From Thermoplasmatota archaeon (GTDB lineage: Archaea > Thermoplasmatota > JAKEGO01): a stretch of DNA of 64,000 nucleotides. Of this stretch, positions 28,700 through 36,472 are shown one piece after another. The position numbers and the translations under genes were made by a program. The DNA is taken from NCBI GenBank assembly GCA_028279595.1, contig JANQNK010000020.1, forward strand, positions 224,001 to 288,000. Direction: 5' to 3'. Below the pieces are notes generated by a model that was not told the origin of the DNA, ran no database searches, and saw nothing but the letters and a program-made list of their open reading frames with translations. Every line of letters starts with the position of its first letter. Within the stretch, counting starts at the first letter, position 1.

Positions 28700-29533
28700 T
28701 CACAAATGAATGTCGATTCCGAAGACCTTGGACGGATTCTCGACATGAATGAGATGTGCCTGGTCCTCGGTCAGGTTCCCGTTCTCGAGCATCTTCCTTG
28801 TGACCTTCGGGATGGTCTTCGGACCGAGCACCGCACCCGGTCTCTTGAGATCGTCGATGTAGTCCGTTTCGAGCATGAAGTCGTTACCGCCGGCGAACGC
28901 CGTGAGGATGTTGTCCTCCTTCGCCAGGATCGACAGGAACATACCGAGGTCTCCCGCGATCGCCGTTGCCGGTGGAGCGTAATGTTTGACAAGCTTCTGG
29001 GTGTCGAGCCCTGCTGTCGATGCCATCTCAGCAAGTTCAGCGTAGATGCCGTCCGATGTCTCGGAATGGACGATAACGGGACAACCTATCTCGGCTGCAA
29101 GCTCCATTGCATGGAGCAGCTGAGCCTTCGAGTCCTCACGTACCCAGGGCTCGACCGGGAAATGGGGCATTCCCACCTCGCCGATCCCCACGGCGTCGCC
29201 CTCGCGGACCATGTCGGCGGCGATCTCCATCGCTTCCATCATCAGCGGATGCGCGACGTCCCTCTCGACCTTCTCTAGGAGATGGGTATAATGGACCGGG
29301 TGCGGTCCCTGTATAGTGTTGACAACGGCTCCCTCTTCCCTTGCCAAATCGCGGAGTCGCTGCGTGGTGCCGAATTCCTCGCGGAAGCCTTCTGCGTCCC
29401 TGATGTCGATGCCGTAGGGCTTGTTCGCCAGGATGATGTGCGTTCCGCCCGTCTTCACGAAGTCCTTGACAGCCTCGCCACCGCGTCCATCCGGGCTCAG
29501 GTGCATGTGCGAGTCCGTGATCGGCATTTCCAT
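28700..29533 (-). CDS. TatD-family metal-dependent hydrolase (archaeal type)
   Basis: DSHMH, GIGEVG, IVHSE and ETD motifs. Start moved to MEMPITDSHMH; the longer ORF crosses the divergent promoter region. Confidence 0.88.
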   Translation of the reverse strand: MEMPITDSHMHLSPDGRGGEAVKDFVKTGGTHIILANKPYGIDIRDAEGFREEFGTTQRLRDLAREEGAVVNTIQGPHPVHYTHLLEKVERDVAHPLMMEAMEIAADMVREGDAVGIGEVGMPHFPVEPWVREDSKAQLLHAMELAAEIGCPVIVHSETSDGIYAELAEMASTAGLDTQKLVKHYAPPATAIAGDLGMFLSILAKEDNILTAFAGGNDFMLETDYIDDLKRPGAVLGPKTIPKVTRKMLENGNLTEDQAHLIHVENPSKVFGIDIHL

Positions 29534-29713
29534 GGGCCGATGAGCGAATTCGCGATATATATCTTCATCGATGGAAGGAAGACGCGCTCGTCGTCGTCCC
29601 CGTGGGACGACAACGCGTATCACCCGCTCTGGAATGGTCATTCCAAAGTTGGATCCTAGATGGGAACGATAATAAGATTTATCTGTGGGTATTTTCATGG
29701 TATCCCAGGTGAG

Positions 29714-30532
29714 ATGTTGCGACAACCTGCCGTAGCGGGACGGTTCTACGAGGGCTCAGCGGAGGGCCTTAAAAAGCAGATTGAAGCCTGTTACATGCAC
29801 GAGTTGGGTCCTGGCCGTTTGCCGTCCCTGAGCGATGGGAACGACGTTACGGGACTGGTATCCCCCCATGCGGGCTATACCTTCTCAGGTCCGGTGGCCG
29901 CACACGGCTTCCTCGAACTCGGATCGAAGGGATTGGAGGGGAAGACAGCGGTGATCATCGGTCCGAACCATACGGGGATCGGGCCGCCGGTATCCGTCAT
30001 GATGGACGATTACAGCACCCCTCTGGGTGTGGCACAGGTGGACCGCGAGATCGCTCAACGGATAATCGACGCCGGCTTCCAGGAGGACTCGATGGCCCAT
30101 CTCCACGAGCACTCCGTCGAGGTACAGGTCCCCTTCCTTCAACATCTAACGGAGGATTTCAGGATCGTCCCGATAGTCATGATGGCCCAGAACCCCGACA
30201 CCGCCCGGTCCCTTGGCAAGGCGCTTTCGGAACTCCCGCAGGATGAGGTTGTCTATATCGCATCGACCGACTTCTCCCATTACATCTCACGAGAGAGGTG
30301 CCAGACCACGGACGCGATGGCCATCGACAGGATCCTGGAAATGGACGCACCGGGCCTCTACAGGACCGTCATGGAGAAGAGGATATCGATGTGCGGCTTC
30401 GGTCCCGTCATGACGGTCGTCGAGGCCATCGGGCGCGGGGAGGCCACCCTATTGAAGCAGACGAACTCGGGCGACGTGATGACGATGGATGACGTCGTCG
30501 GTTATGCCTCGATAAAGATGGTACGGAATTGA
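29714..30532 (+). CDS. MEMO1 family protein (AmmeMemoRadiSam protein B)
   Basis: RQPAVAGRFY, PHAGY, GPNH, EHSVEVQ, STDFSHY and SMCG motifs. AGGTGA RBS precedes ATG 29714. Confidence 0.93.
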   Translation: MLRQPAVAGRFYEGSAEGLKKQIEACYMHELGPGRLPSLSDGNDVTGLVSPHAGYTFSGPVAAHGFLELGSKGLEGKTAVIIGPNHTGIGPPVSVMMDDYSTPLGVAQVDREIAQRIIDAGFQEDSMAHLHEHSVEVQVPFLQHLTEDFRIVPIVMMAQNPDTARSLGKALSELPQDEVVYIASTDFSHYISRERCQTTDAMAIDRILEMDAPGLYRTVMEKRISMCGFGPVMTVVEAIGRGEATLLKQTNSGDVMTMDDVVGYASIKMVRN

Positions 30533-30606
30533 CGGTGAACTCGCTCGATGACGCTGAAGCGGTCATCAACGCGCTTACAATTAATCGGTAGAACAGGTCT
30601 TCAGTG

Positions 30607-30620
30607 CGAAAGATTATTAA
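30607..30620 (+). promoter_or_regulatory. BRE/TATA promoter of the gcvH-ftsY cluster
   Basis: CGAAAG-ATTATTAA about 40 nt upstream of gcvH. Confidence 0.55.
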
Positions 30621-30661
30621 CGACGACCCGTCTTTCCGAACGTCCCACCCGAGGTGATGGT

Positions 30662-31045
30662 ATGGACATGGAGAGGCTGAAGTTCACGGAGAGCCACGAA
30701 TGGGTTTCGATCGAGGACGGAGAGGCGGTGATCGGCATCACCGATTTCGCCCAGTCCGAGCTCAACGACATCATATACGTGGAGTTCCCCGAGGTTGGGG
30801 CCACGCTCAACAAGGGCGAGGTCCTGGCAGTGCTCGAATCCGTCAAGGCGGCCGAGGAGGTCTATTCACCTCTGACCGGCGAGGTCCTCGCGATCAACGA
30901 TTCGCTGGACCCGGAGCCAGAGCGGATCAACCAGGACCCCTTCGGCAACGGATGGATCGTCAAGATAAGGCTTGCAGACCTGGCGGAGACCGAGGCCCTC
31001 TTAGCGCATACCGATTACACCAGGGTCCTGGAGGACGCGAAATGA
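30662..31045 (+). CDS. gcvH: Glycine cleavage system H protein (lipoyl carrier)
   Basis: HEW, IGITDFAQ, ESVKA lipoyl-lysine and INQDPFGNGW motifs. GAGGTGA RBS. Confidence 0.95.
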   Translation: MDMERLKFTESHEWVSIEDGEAVIGITDFAQSELNDIIYVEFPEVGATLNKGEVLAVLESVKAAEEVYSPLTGEVLAINDSLDPEPERINQDPFGNGWIVKIRLADLAETEALLAHTDYTRVLEDAK

Positions 31046-31230
31046 GGCGTTCGCTACTGGAGATCCTGGCATGTCCGGACTGCAGGGCTCCCGTCGAGCT
31101 GGCTGGGGTCGAGAGCGAGGACGACGCTGGTGTCGTGGCCGGCAACCTGAAGTGCACCAAGTGCTCCAGGGAGTTCCCGATAATCGATGGGATCCCCCAC
31201 ATGCTTCCGGCCGGCTCTGGGGACGATTGA
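31042..31230 (+). CDS. Trm112 family methyltransferase activator
   Basis: MRRSLLEILACPDC...LKCTKC...FPIIDGIPHML (C-terminal part of ORF 30700..31230). ATGA overlap with the gcvH stop. Confidence 0.9.
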   Translation: MRRSLLEILACPDCRAPVELAGVESEDDAGVVAGNLKCTKCSREFPIIDGIPHMLPAGSGDD

Positions 31231-31235
31231 AGGTG

Positions 31236-31472
31236 ATGGAAATGAACGGATACAAGGTCAGCGGAAGGTTCAAGATGGGCGACAACTGGATGCCCTTCGA
31301 GATCGAGCTGGTGGCGGAGTCCGAAGAGGGTGCCCATGAGAAGGGCCTCTCGGTGATCGGCTCGAGGCACCGGACGAAGCGCAAGGACATCGAGATCGGT
31401 ACTATCTCCTCCATAACTGCCGAGGAGGCCACCTCACCGGTGGTCCAGTACCACCTGGAGGCCTCCAAGTGA
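31236..31472 (+). CDS. rpl18a: 50S ribosomal protein L18Ae/LX
   Basis: YKVSGRF...AHEKGLSVIGSRHRTKRKDIEI, directly upstream of pfdA-ftsY. The start may be 31242. Confidence 0.88.
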   Translation: MEMNGYKVSGRFKMGDNWMPFEIELVAESEEGAHEKGLSVIGSRHRTKRKDIEIGTISSITAEEATSPVVQYHLEASK

Positions 31473-31897
31473 CCGAGATGGAGAAGGAGATAGTCCAACT
31501 CAGGATGATCGAGAGGGAGCTCCAGGCCTACCAGGGCCAGATGGAACTCCTGACCGCGTCCATCCAGACCCACAAGAAGGCCGTCGAGACCCTCGACGCC
31601 ATACCCGGTCTTGGGGCGAACGACGAGATCCTCGTACCGATCGGAGGCGGCGTGATACTGAAGACCAAATGGAACGAGGGCTCCGGTGTCATGGTCGACA
31701 TCGGTTCAGGGATAGTGGTCGAGGAGGACGCTCAGCCGATCCGTGACAACGTGAACGGCCGTCTGCACCAGATCGAGGCCTCGTTGACCAAATTGGACGC
31801 ACACGTGAGGGAGCTGCAGGCCCAGTACGCGATGCTCTCGCAGAAGATCCAGCAGGCCTACCAGGGGGCCGGAGATGTTCAAGAACCTGCGGGATAG
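31469..31897 (+). CDS. pfdA: Prefoldin subunit alpha
   Basis: Coiled coils flanking EILVPIGGG...VMVDIGSGIVVE; conserved synteny with LX and ftsY. Confidence 0.92.
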   Translation: MTEMEKEIVQLRMIERELQAYQGQMELLTASIQTHKKAVETLDAIPGLGANDEILVPIGGGVILKTKWNEGSGVMVDIGSGIVVEEDAQPIRDNVNGRLHQIEASLTKLDAHVRELQAQYAMLSQKIQQAYQGAGDVQEPAG

Positions 31898-32810
31898 GAT
31901 ATCAAAGGCCAGCGAGGACGCCGCGGTCGAGATCGAGAAGGACGTCAAGCACGGCAAGCGCATGAACGAGAAGCGCCTCGACCAGATCCTGTGGGAGCTG
32001 GAGATCGCACTTCTCGAGGCCGATGTCGCGCTGCCCGTCGTCGAGGCCATCAAGGAGGAGATGAAGCACCGTCTCGTCGACGCCAAATTTTCGAGGAAGG
32101 TCGACATCGAGGACTCCATAGAGAAGGCCCTCAAGGGTGCGCTGCTCAAGATCCTCGGAACCAACAGGATGAGCCTCGTGAAGGCCGTGGAGACCGGTGA
32201 GAAGCCGTTCGTCATCATGTTCGTCGGCGTCAACGGCACGGGGAAGACCACGACCATCGCTAAAGTGGCCAACCGGCTGCTCAGGCGCGGAAACTCCTGC
32301 GTCCTGGCCGCCGGGGACACCTTCCGGGCGGGAGCGATCGAACAGCTGATAATGCACGGGGACAAGCTCGGTATCAAGGTCATTCATCAGAAGGCGAACA
32401 GCGACCCCGCTGCGGTCGCCTATGATGCTGTGGAGCACGCCAGGGCCAGACGCAAGGACGTGGTCCTCATCGACACGGCCGGCAGGATGCAGACGAACAT
32501 CAACCTGATGGATGAGCTGAAGAAGATCAAGAGGGTGACGAACCCGGACCTCACGATATTCGTGGGAGACGCACTCGCCGGCAACGATGCGGTCGAACAG
32601 GCCATCAAGTTCGACGGTGCCGTCGGACTGGACGGAGTAATCCTCTGCAAGGTGGATGCCGACGCCAAGGGTGGTGGGGCTCTGTCGATCACCTATTCGC
32701 TTGGAAAACCGGTCCTATACCTGGGTGTCGGACAGGAGTACGACCAGATCGTGCCGTTCCAGCCGAAATGGCTCCTGGAGCGCATGCTCGAGGGCGACGA
32801 GGACGAGTGA
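31875..32810 (+). CDS. ftsY: Signal recognition particle receptor FtsY
   Basis: GVNGTGKTTT, DTFRAGA, DTAGR, KVDADAKGG and GVGQ motifs. Confidence 0.97.
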   Translation: MFKNLRDRISKASEDAAVEIEKDVKHGKRMNEKRLDQILWELEIALLEADVALPVVEAIKEEMKHRLVDAKFSRKVDIEDSIEKALKGALLKILGTNRMSLVKAVETGEKPFVIMFVGVNGTGKTTTIAKVANRLLRRGNSCVLAAGDTFRAGAIEQLIMHGDKLGIKVIHQKANSDPAAVAYDAVEHARARRKDVVLIDTAGRMQTNINLMDELKKIKRVTNPDLTIFVGDALAGNDAVEQAIKFDGAVGLDGVILCKVDADAKGGGALSITYSLGKPVLYLGVGQEYDQIVPFQPKWLLERMLEGDEDE

Positions 32811-32903
32811 GATTACTATTCACCTGATGCCTGGATAGTAAGAAATTAACATGTTCACCAAAACGTATATGGTGTATGGTGTTCATTTTCGGTCGGTGGT
32901 AAT

Positions 32904-34277
32904 GTGAAATATCATCTGATGGTGCTGCTCGTGTTCGTCATGTTCCTAGGTTCGACCATGACCGCAGCGGCCGATTATCCCAACGATTGGACCCACAGAC
33001 CTGTTTTGGAGCATTTCACGGGACTGTCCTGTCCTCCGTGCATGTCGGGGGCACATCCCGATTCCACACAGCTGTGGCAGGAGGAGGGATACACCGAGGG
33101 CAATCCCTGGAACTACATCGAGTTCCATGAGCTCAACGGAGGCGGCGAGGACGACCTCATGACCGACGAGTCCGAGGACAGGATGCGATACTACCAGCCC
33201 GGTGTGTCCGGCACCCCGTCCCTCGAGGCTGACGGCGGATATGTCCAGCTGGGCGGATCACATGGGTCCACAGCTGACGCGAACTACGCCGACATGAAGG
33301 AGGCGCTCGCGGACTCCGGCAACAGGGACGCCATCAAGAAGGTGAAGTTGGATGTCGTCTCCAAGTTCGACGGCAGCGAGTTCGTCATCAACGTCACTGT
33401 CGAGTACCTCCAGAACGATGAAGCGTTCGATCCGTTCAACCCCCTTGCTCCCGATACGCTCAACGGGCTCCTTCACGTCTTCATGATCGAGGACAACGTC
33501 ACTGCCTGGAGCACGGTCAACGAGGAGTACGTCACCACGCACAACGTATTCAGGGAGTACGGGATGGAGGGCGAGGAGATCACCCTCGAGGTCGGAGAGA
33601 CCTGGAACAAGATGGCAGTCTGGAACGTCCCGACCACGGCGATCCGCGACGGCGAGGAGGAGGAGATCCGAGTCCCGATCAACCCTCTCAATGTCTACCC
33701 GGTCGCTGTTCTCTATGACACCGACGACACGTCCTCCGGCAGAGGGGATGGCAGCGACAACAACGACGGTGGCGATGGTGATGGGACCCCGCGAGCACTC
33801 AACTCCGCCACCCCTATGAGCTCCGCCTACGACGCCGACCAGACCCCGCCGACCATCAGGGATATCACCCTGAAGAAGGAGGGCAAGAAGGTCAACGCAT
33901 CGCTTTACCTGGACGACAGGGACGACATCGCCGGAGCGATCATCCTTTACACTACGAGCCTTGGCGGGGATAACGAATCCGTTCCCACGTGGATGTCCGC
34001 CGAGATAAAGCTCAAGGCTTGCGTCGGCGACGTCTGTGACAAGAAGGAGAGTGGTCTCGGCTACGCGACCCTCGACATCACCCCCGGAACGGAGTTCTAC
34101 TTCTACGTCCTGGCCTACGATGGGGAGTGGACCCAGGCGACGTCGAAGCAGATGAAGGCCTCCGACTACATGAAGGTCAGCAGCGGTGGATCGGACGCGA
34201 CCCCGTTCGACCCGATGCTCCCGATACTGGCGTTCGCAATAGTCGCCATCATGGTCAGCAGGAAGCGCCGGAACTGA
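32904..34277 (+). CDS. Exported thioredoxin-like (CPPC)/Omp28-related protein with a C-terminal PFDP-TM-basic anchor
   Basis: Signal peptide, LEHFTGLSCPPC, GTPS, F-M-I-E-D-N...H-N-V-F-R, ending TPFDPMLPILAFAIVAIMVSRKRRN. Confidence 0.78.
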   Translation: MKYHLMVLLVFVMFLGSTMTAAADYPNDWTHRPVLEHFTGLSCPPCMSGAHPDSTQLWQEEGYTEGNPWNYIEFHELNGGGEDDLMTDESEDRMRYYQPGVSGTPSLEADGGYVQLGGSHGSTADANYADMKEALADSGNRDAIKKVKLDVVSKFDGSEFVINVTVEYLQNDEAFDPFNPLAPDTLNGLLHVFMIEDNVTAWSTVNEEYVTTHNVFREYGMEGEEITLEVGETWNKMAVWNVPTTAIRDGEEEEIRVPINPLNVYPVAVLYDTDDTSSGRGDGSDNNDGGDGDGTPRALNSATPMSSAYDADQTPPTIRDITLKKEGKKVNASLYLDDRDDIAGAIILYTTSLGGDNESVPTWMSAEIKLKACVGDVCDKKESGLGYATLDITPGTEFYFYVLAYDGEWTQATSKQMKASDYMKVSSGGSDATPFDPMLPILAFAIVAIMVSRKRRN

Positions 34278-34343
34278 GTGTGTATTTGACTTGATTCACA
34301 GATCACATAGCCGTGGCTACGTCCAACGATACTGGATAACGGA

Positions 34344-35342
34344 TCACCTGTGACGCTTCCGTTTCTTCGAGCGTCCCTTCTTCCCCCGCTGTCTCGGCTT
34401 GCCAGAACTTGCGGGCACCTTCTTGACCGCAGGCTTCTTCCTGGGTCGGGATGCCCGTTTCACCTTTCCTTTGGACCTCGTCTCCCTGCTGCGCCTGCCA
34501 TCCATGAACAGATAGACGCCTACTGCGGCGAGCACCGCGATGAGACCGATCATCCCCATCGCTGTCGTGGAAAGTCCCTCGGAGCCTGAACCCTTGTCCT
34601 CGGTTCCGTCAATTGGGCCCGCTGCCTCGCTCACCGTCTTCTGGGCGCCCTGATAGATCTCGCCTGTCTGTATGTCCTGGACGAAAGCGACCACCCCGAG
34701 GTTCTCGGGCCAAGGGTCCACCGTGAACGTGAAGGTCTTTGAGAAGGCCTCCCCGTCGAGGACGGAGACGTCCTTGGTCCTCATTCCCCTGGCGACGAAG
34801 CGGAACTCATCCAGTCCGTTCGCTCCATCGTACTCAACGTAGTCCTGGACGAGGACGACCGAGAGCTCGGTGTCGTTGAAGATGTCCTCTTCCGGCGTAC
34901 CGTTCACCCACACCTTCAGGGTCGGGTCGTCGTTGATCACGCCGATCCTCAGTTTGAGCGGGGCGGATACCGACGAACGGCTGCTCAGTGCGCTCCTGTA
35001 ATCGTCGCCGACGTCCTCGTATCCCCCGACTATCTTCTCACCGCCGTCGAACACGACGGTGGGATAGCCGTCAACACCGTAGTTCTGCATCCTTCCCTGC
35101 GTCGAAGAGATGCCCATCGGGTCCCTCTCGCCGCTGTATTCCAGGGGATGGAACGATATTACAGCCATGGATCCCTTGTTCGCCTCGTAGACCTGACCCA
35201 GCTGGGGGTCCGCTATGGCACAGTAGGGACAGTTCTGAGCAGTGTACAGTTCGGCGACGACGAACCTGTTCGCAGCGCTCGCTGCCGGCAGCAGGGTGAT
35301 CATCAGAACGATCGATATCGCGAAGGTCCAGGAAGGTCGCAT
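34344..35342 (-). CDS. Exported thioredoxin-like (CPYC)/Omp28-related protein with a TM segment and very basic tail
   Basis: Signal peptide, ELYTAQNCPYC, GYPTVVFDG, VVAFVQD...IYQ, TM helix and K/R-rich C-terminus. Confidence 0.8.
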   Translation of the reverse strand: MRPSWTFAISIVLMITLLPAASAANRFVVAELYTAQNCPYCAIADPQLGQVYEANKGSMAVISFHPLEYSGERDPMGISSTQGRMQNYGVDGYPTVVFDGGEKIVGGYEDVGDDYRSALSSRSSVSAPLKLRIGVINDDPTLKVWVNGTPEEDIFNDTELSVVLVQDYVEYDGANGLDEFRFVARGMRTKDVSVLDGEAFSKTFTFTVDPWPENLGVVAFVQDIQTGEIYQGAQKTVSEAAGPIDGTEDKGSGSEGLSTTAMGMIGLIAVLAAVGVYLFMDGRRSRETRSKGKVKRASRPRKKPAVKKVPASSGKPRQRGKKGRSKKRKRHR

Positions 35343-35427
35343 GTTCGGAATTCCACCTTTCCGCTTTAATATCTTGTCCCGTAAGGCTCCCCAATCGTTA
35401 AATAAGCGCTATCGGCTCGTGACCACG

Positions 35428-36468
35428 ATGCGGAGGGAATACGCGAAGGGGTCCTTCGAGGACGACCACGTCATCGTGCCGAACGAGACCGACGCCTCCC
35501 GGCTGCGGTCGAGAGGCAGGTTCGGCGAGACCATCGCCGGAGGAGCCCTGAGGCTCGACCTGGTGGAGGCACTCTTCCTCCTGGAGGAGGGACGTCTCAG
35601 ACTCAGGACAAGCCACTCCAAGGTCCTTGACGCCGGTTACCGGCTTCACGACGACTTCGGCGTACGGTTCCTGTCCTACAGCGATTTAAGGAGTCGAGGT
35701 CTCGCCCTGTCGACCGCGAGGTCAGGCACGTCCTTCGACATGTTCCCACGCGGCGGGGAGTTCTCGGACCCGTCCGACACCGGTGTCATAGCGGTCTCTG
35801 AGCGGAGCGTACTGTCGCTCGACGACGTCCTTGCCACCGTCTCCTCGATCACGCCATCGAGGGAGCTCATGTACTCGGTCGTTGACGACGAGGGGGACGT
35901 AACCTACTACCATGCGACATCGCCCGAGCTCAGCGGGGACTGGACACCCGACATTCCCGAGGGCCGTATCCAGATAATGGAGGACCGCGGGATAATCGAG
36001 GGAGAGGCGTCCCACGACCTCTTCGAGAAGGGTTTCTTCGGCCGCCGGATGATGTCGTGGACCGTGCTTTCGCTCATAGAATGTGCATACCTCGGAGAAC
36101 AGGGAATGGATATGTTCAGGAGAGGTCGACGCACTTCCGTCAAGGCCGTGATGAGGCGTGCTGCATGGCTGGACAGAACTGCCGACATCAAGCTCGATGC
36201 TTACACGGAACTTCGCAACAGGGGACTGATCCCGAAGACCGGATTCAAGTTCGGAGGGCACTTCAGGGTCTACGACAGCATGCCCAGAACGAAGAGGGAA
36301 TCTGACCGTACTCACGCCCGATTCCTGCTCCAGGTCGTCCCGAGACACTTCAGGACCACCTGGGAAGAGGTGTCCAGGGCTGTAAGGCTGGCCCATGGCG
36401 TCAGAAAGGAGATGGTATATTTCGCTCCGCCCTCGAGGTTCCTCGGGCTCGCAAGGGTGAGGCCATAA
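35428..36468 (+). CDS. endA: tRNA-intron (splicing) endonuclease, two-unit alpha2 type
   Basis: Two tandem units. The C-terminal unit has GFKFGGHFRVY...H...VRLAHGVRK (Tyr/His/Lys triad). Start moved to MRREYAKG. Confidence 0.9.
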   Translation: MRREYAKGSFEDDHVIVPNETDASRLRSRGRFGETIAGGALRLDLVEALFLLEEGRLRLRTSHSKVLDAGYRLHDDFGVRFLSYSDLRSRGLALSTARSGTSFDMFPRGGEFSDPSDTGVIAVSERSVLSLDDVLATVSSITPSRELMYSVVDDEGDVTYYHATSPELSGDWTPDIPEGRIQIMEDRGIIEGEASHDLFEKGFFGRRMMSWTVLSLIECAYLGEQGMDMFRRGRRTSVKAVMRRAAWLDRTADIKLDAYTELRNRGLIPKTGFKFGGHFRVYDSMPRTKRESDRTHARFLLQVVPRHFRTTWEEVSRAVRLAHGVRKEMVYFAPPSRFLGLARVRP

Positions 36469-36472
36469 CTGT

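Noticed and set aside
29534-29725. N-terminal extensions of the TatD and MEMO1 ORFs (likewise gcvH, Trm112, LX, endA, purP and the S-component)
   Set aside because: The extensions cross promoters or neighbouring genes. The family motifs and RBS sites begin at the downstream starts used here.
36265-36320. Slightly long loop between the catalytic Tyr and His of EndA as a specificity-broadening insertion
   Set aside because: It is only a few residues longer than typical euryarchaeal enzymes as I recall them, and cannot be supported without an alignment.
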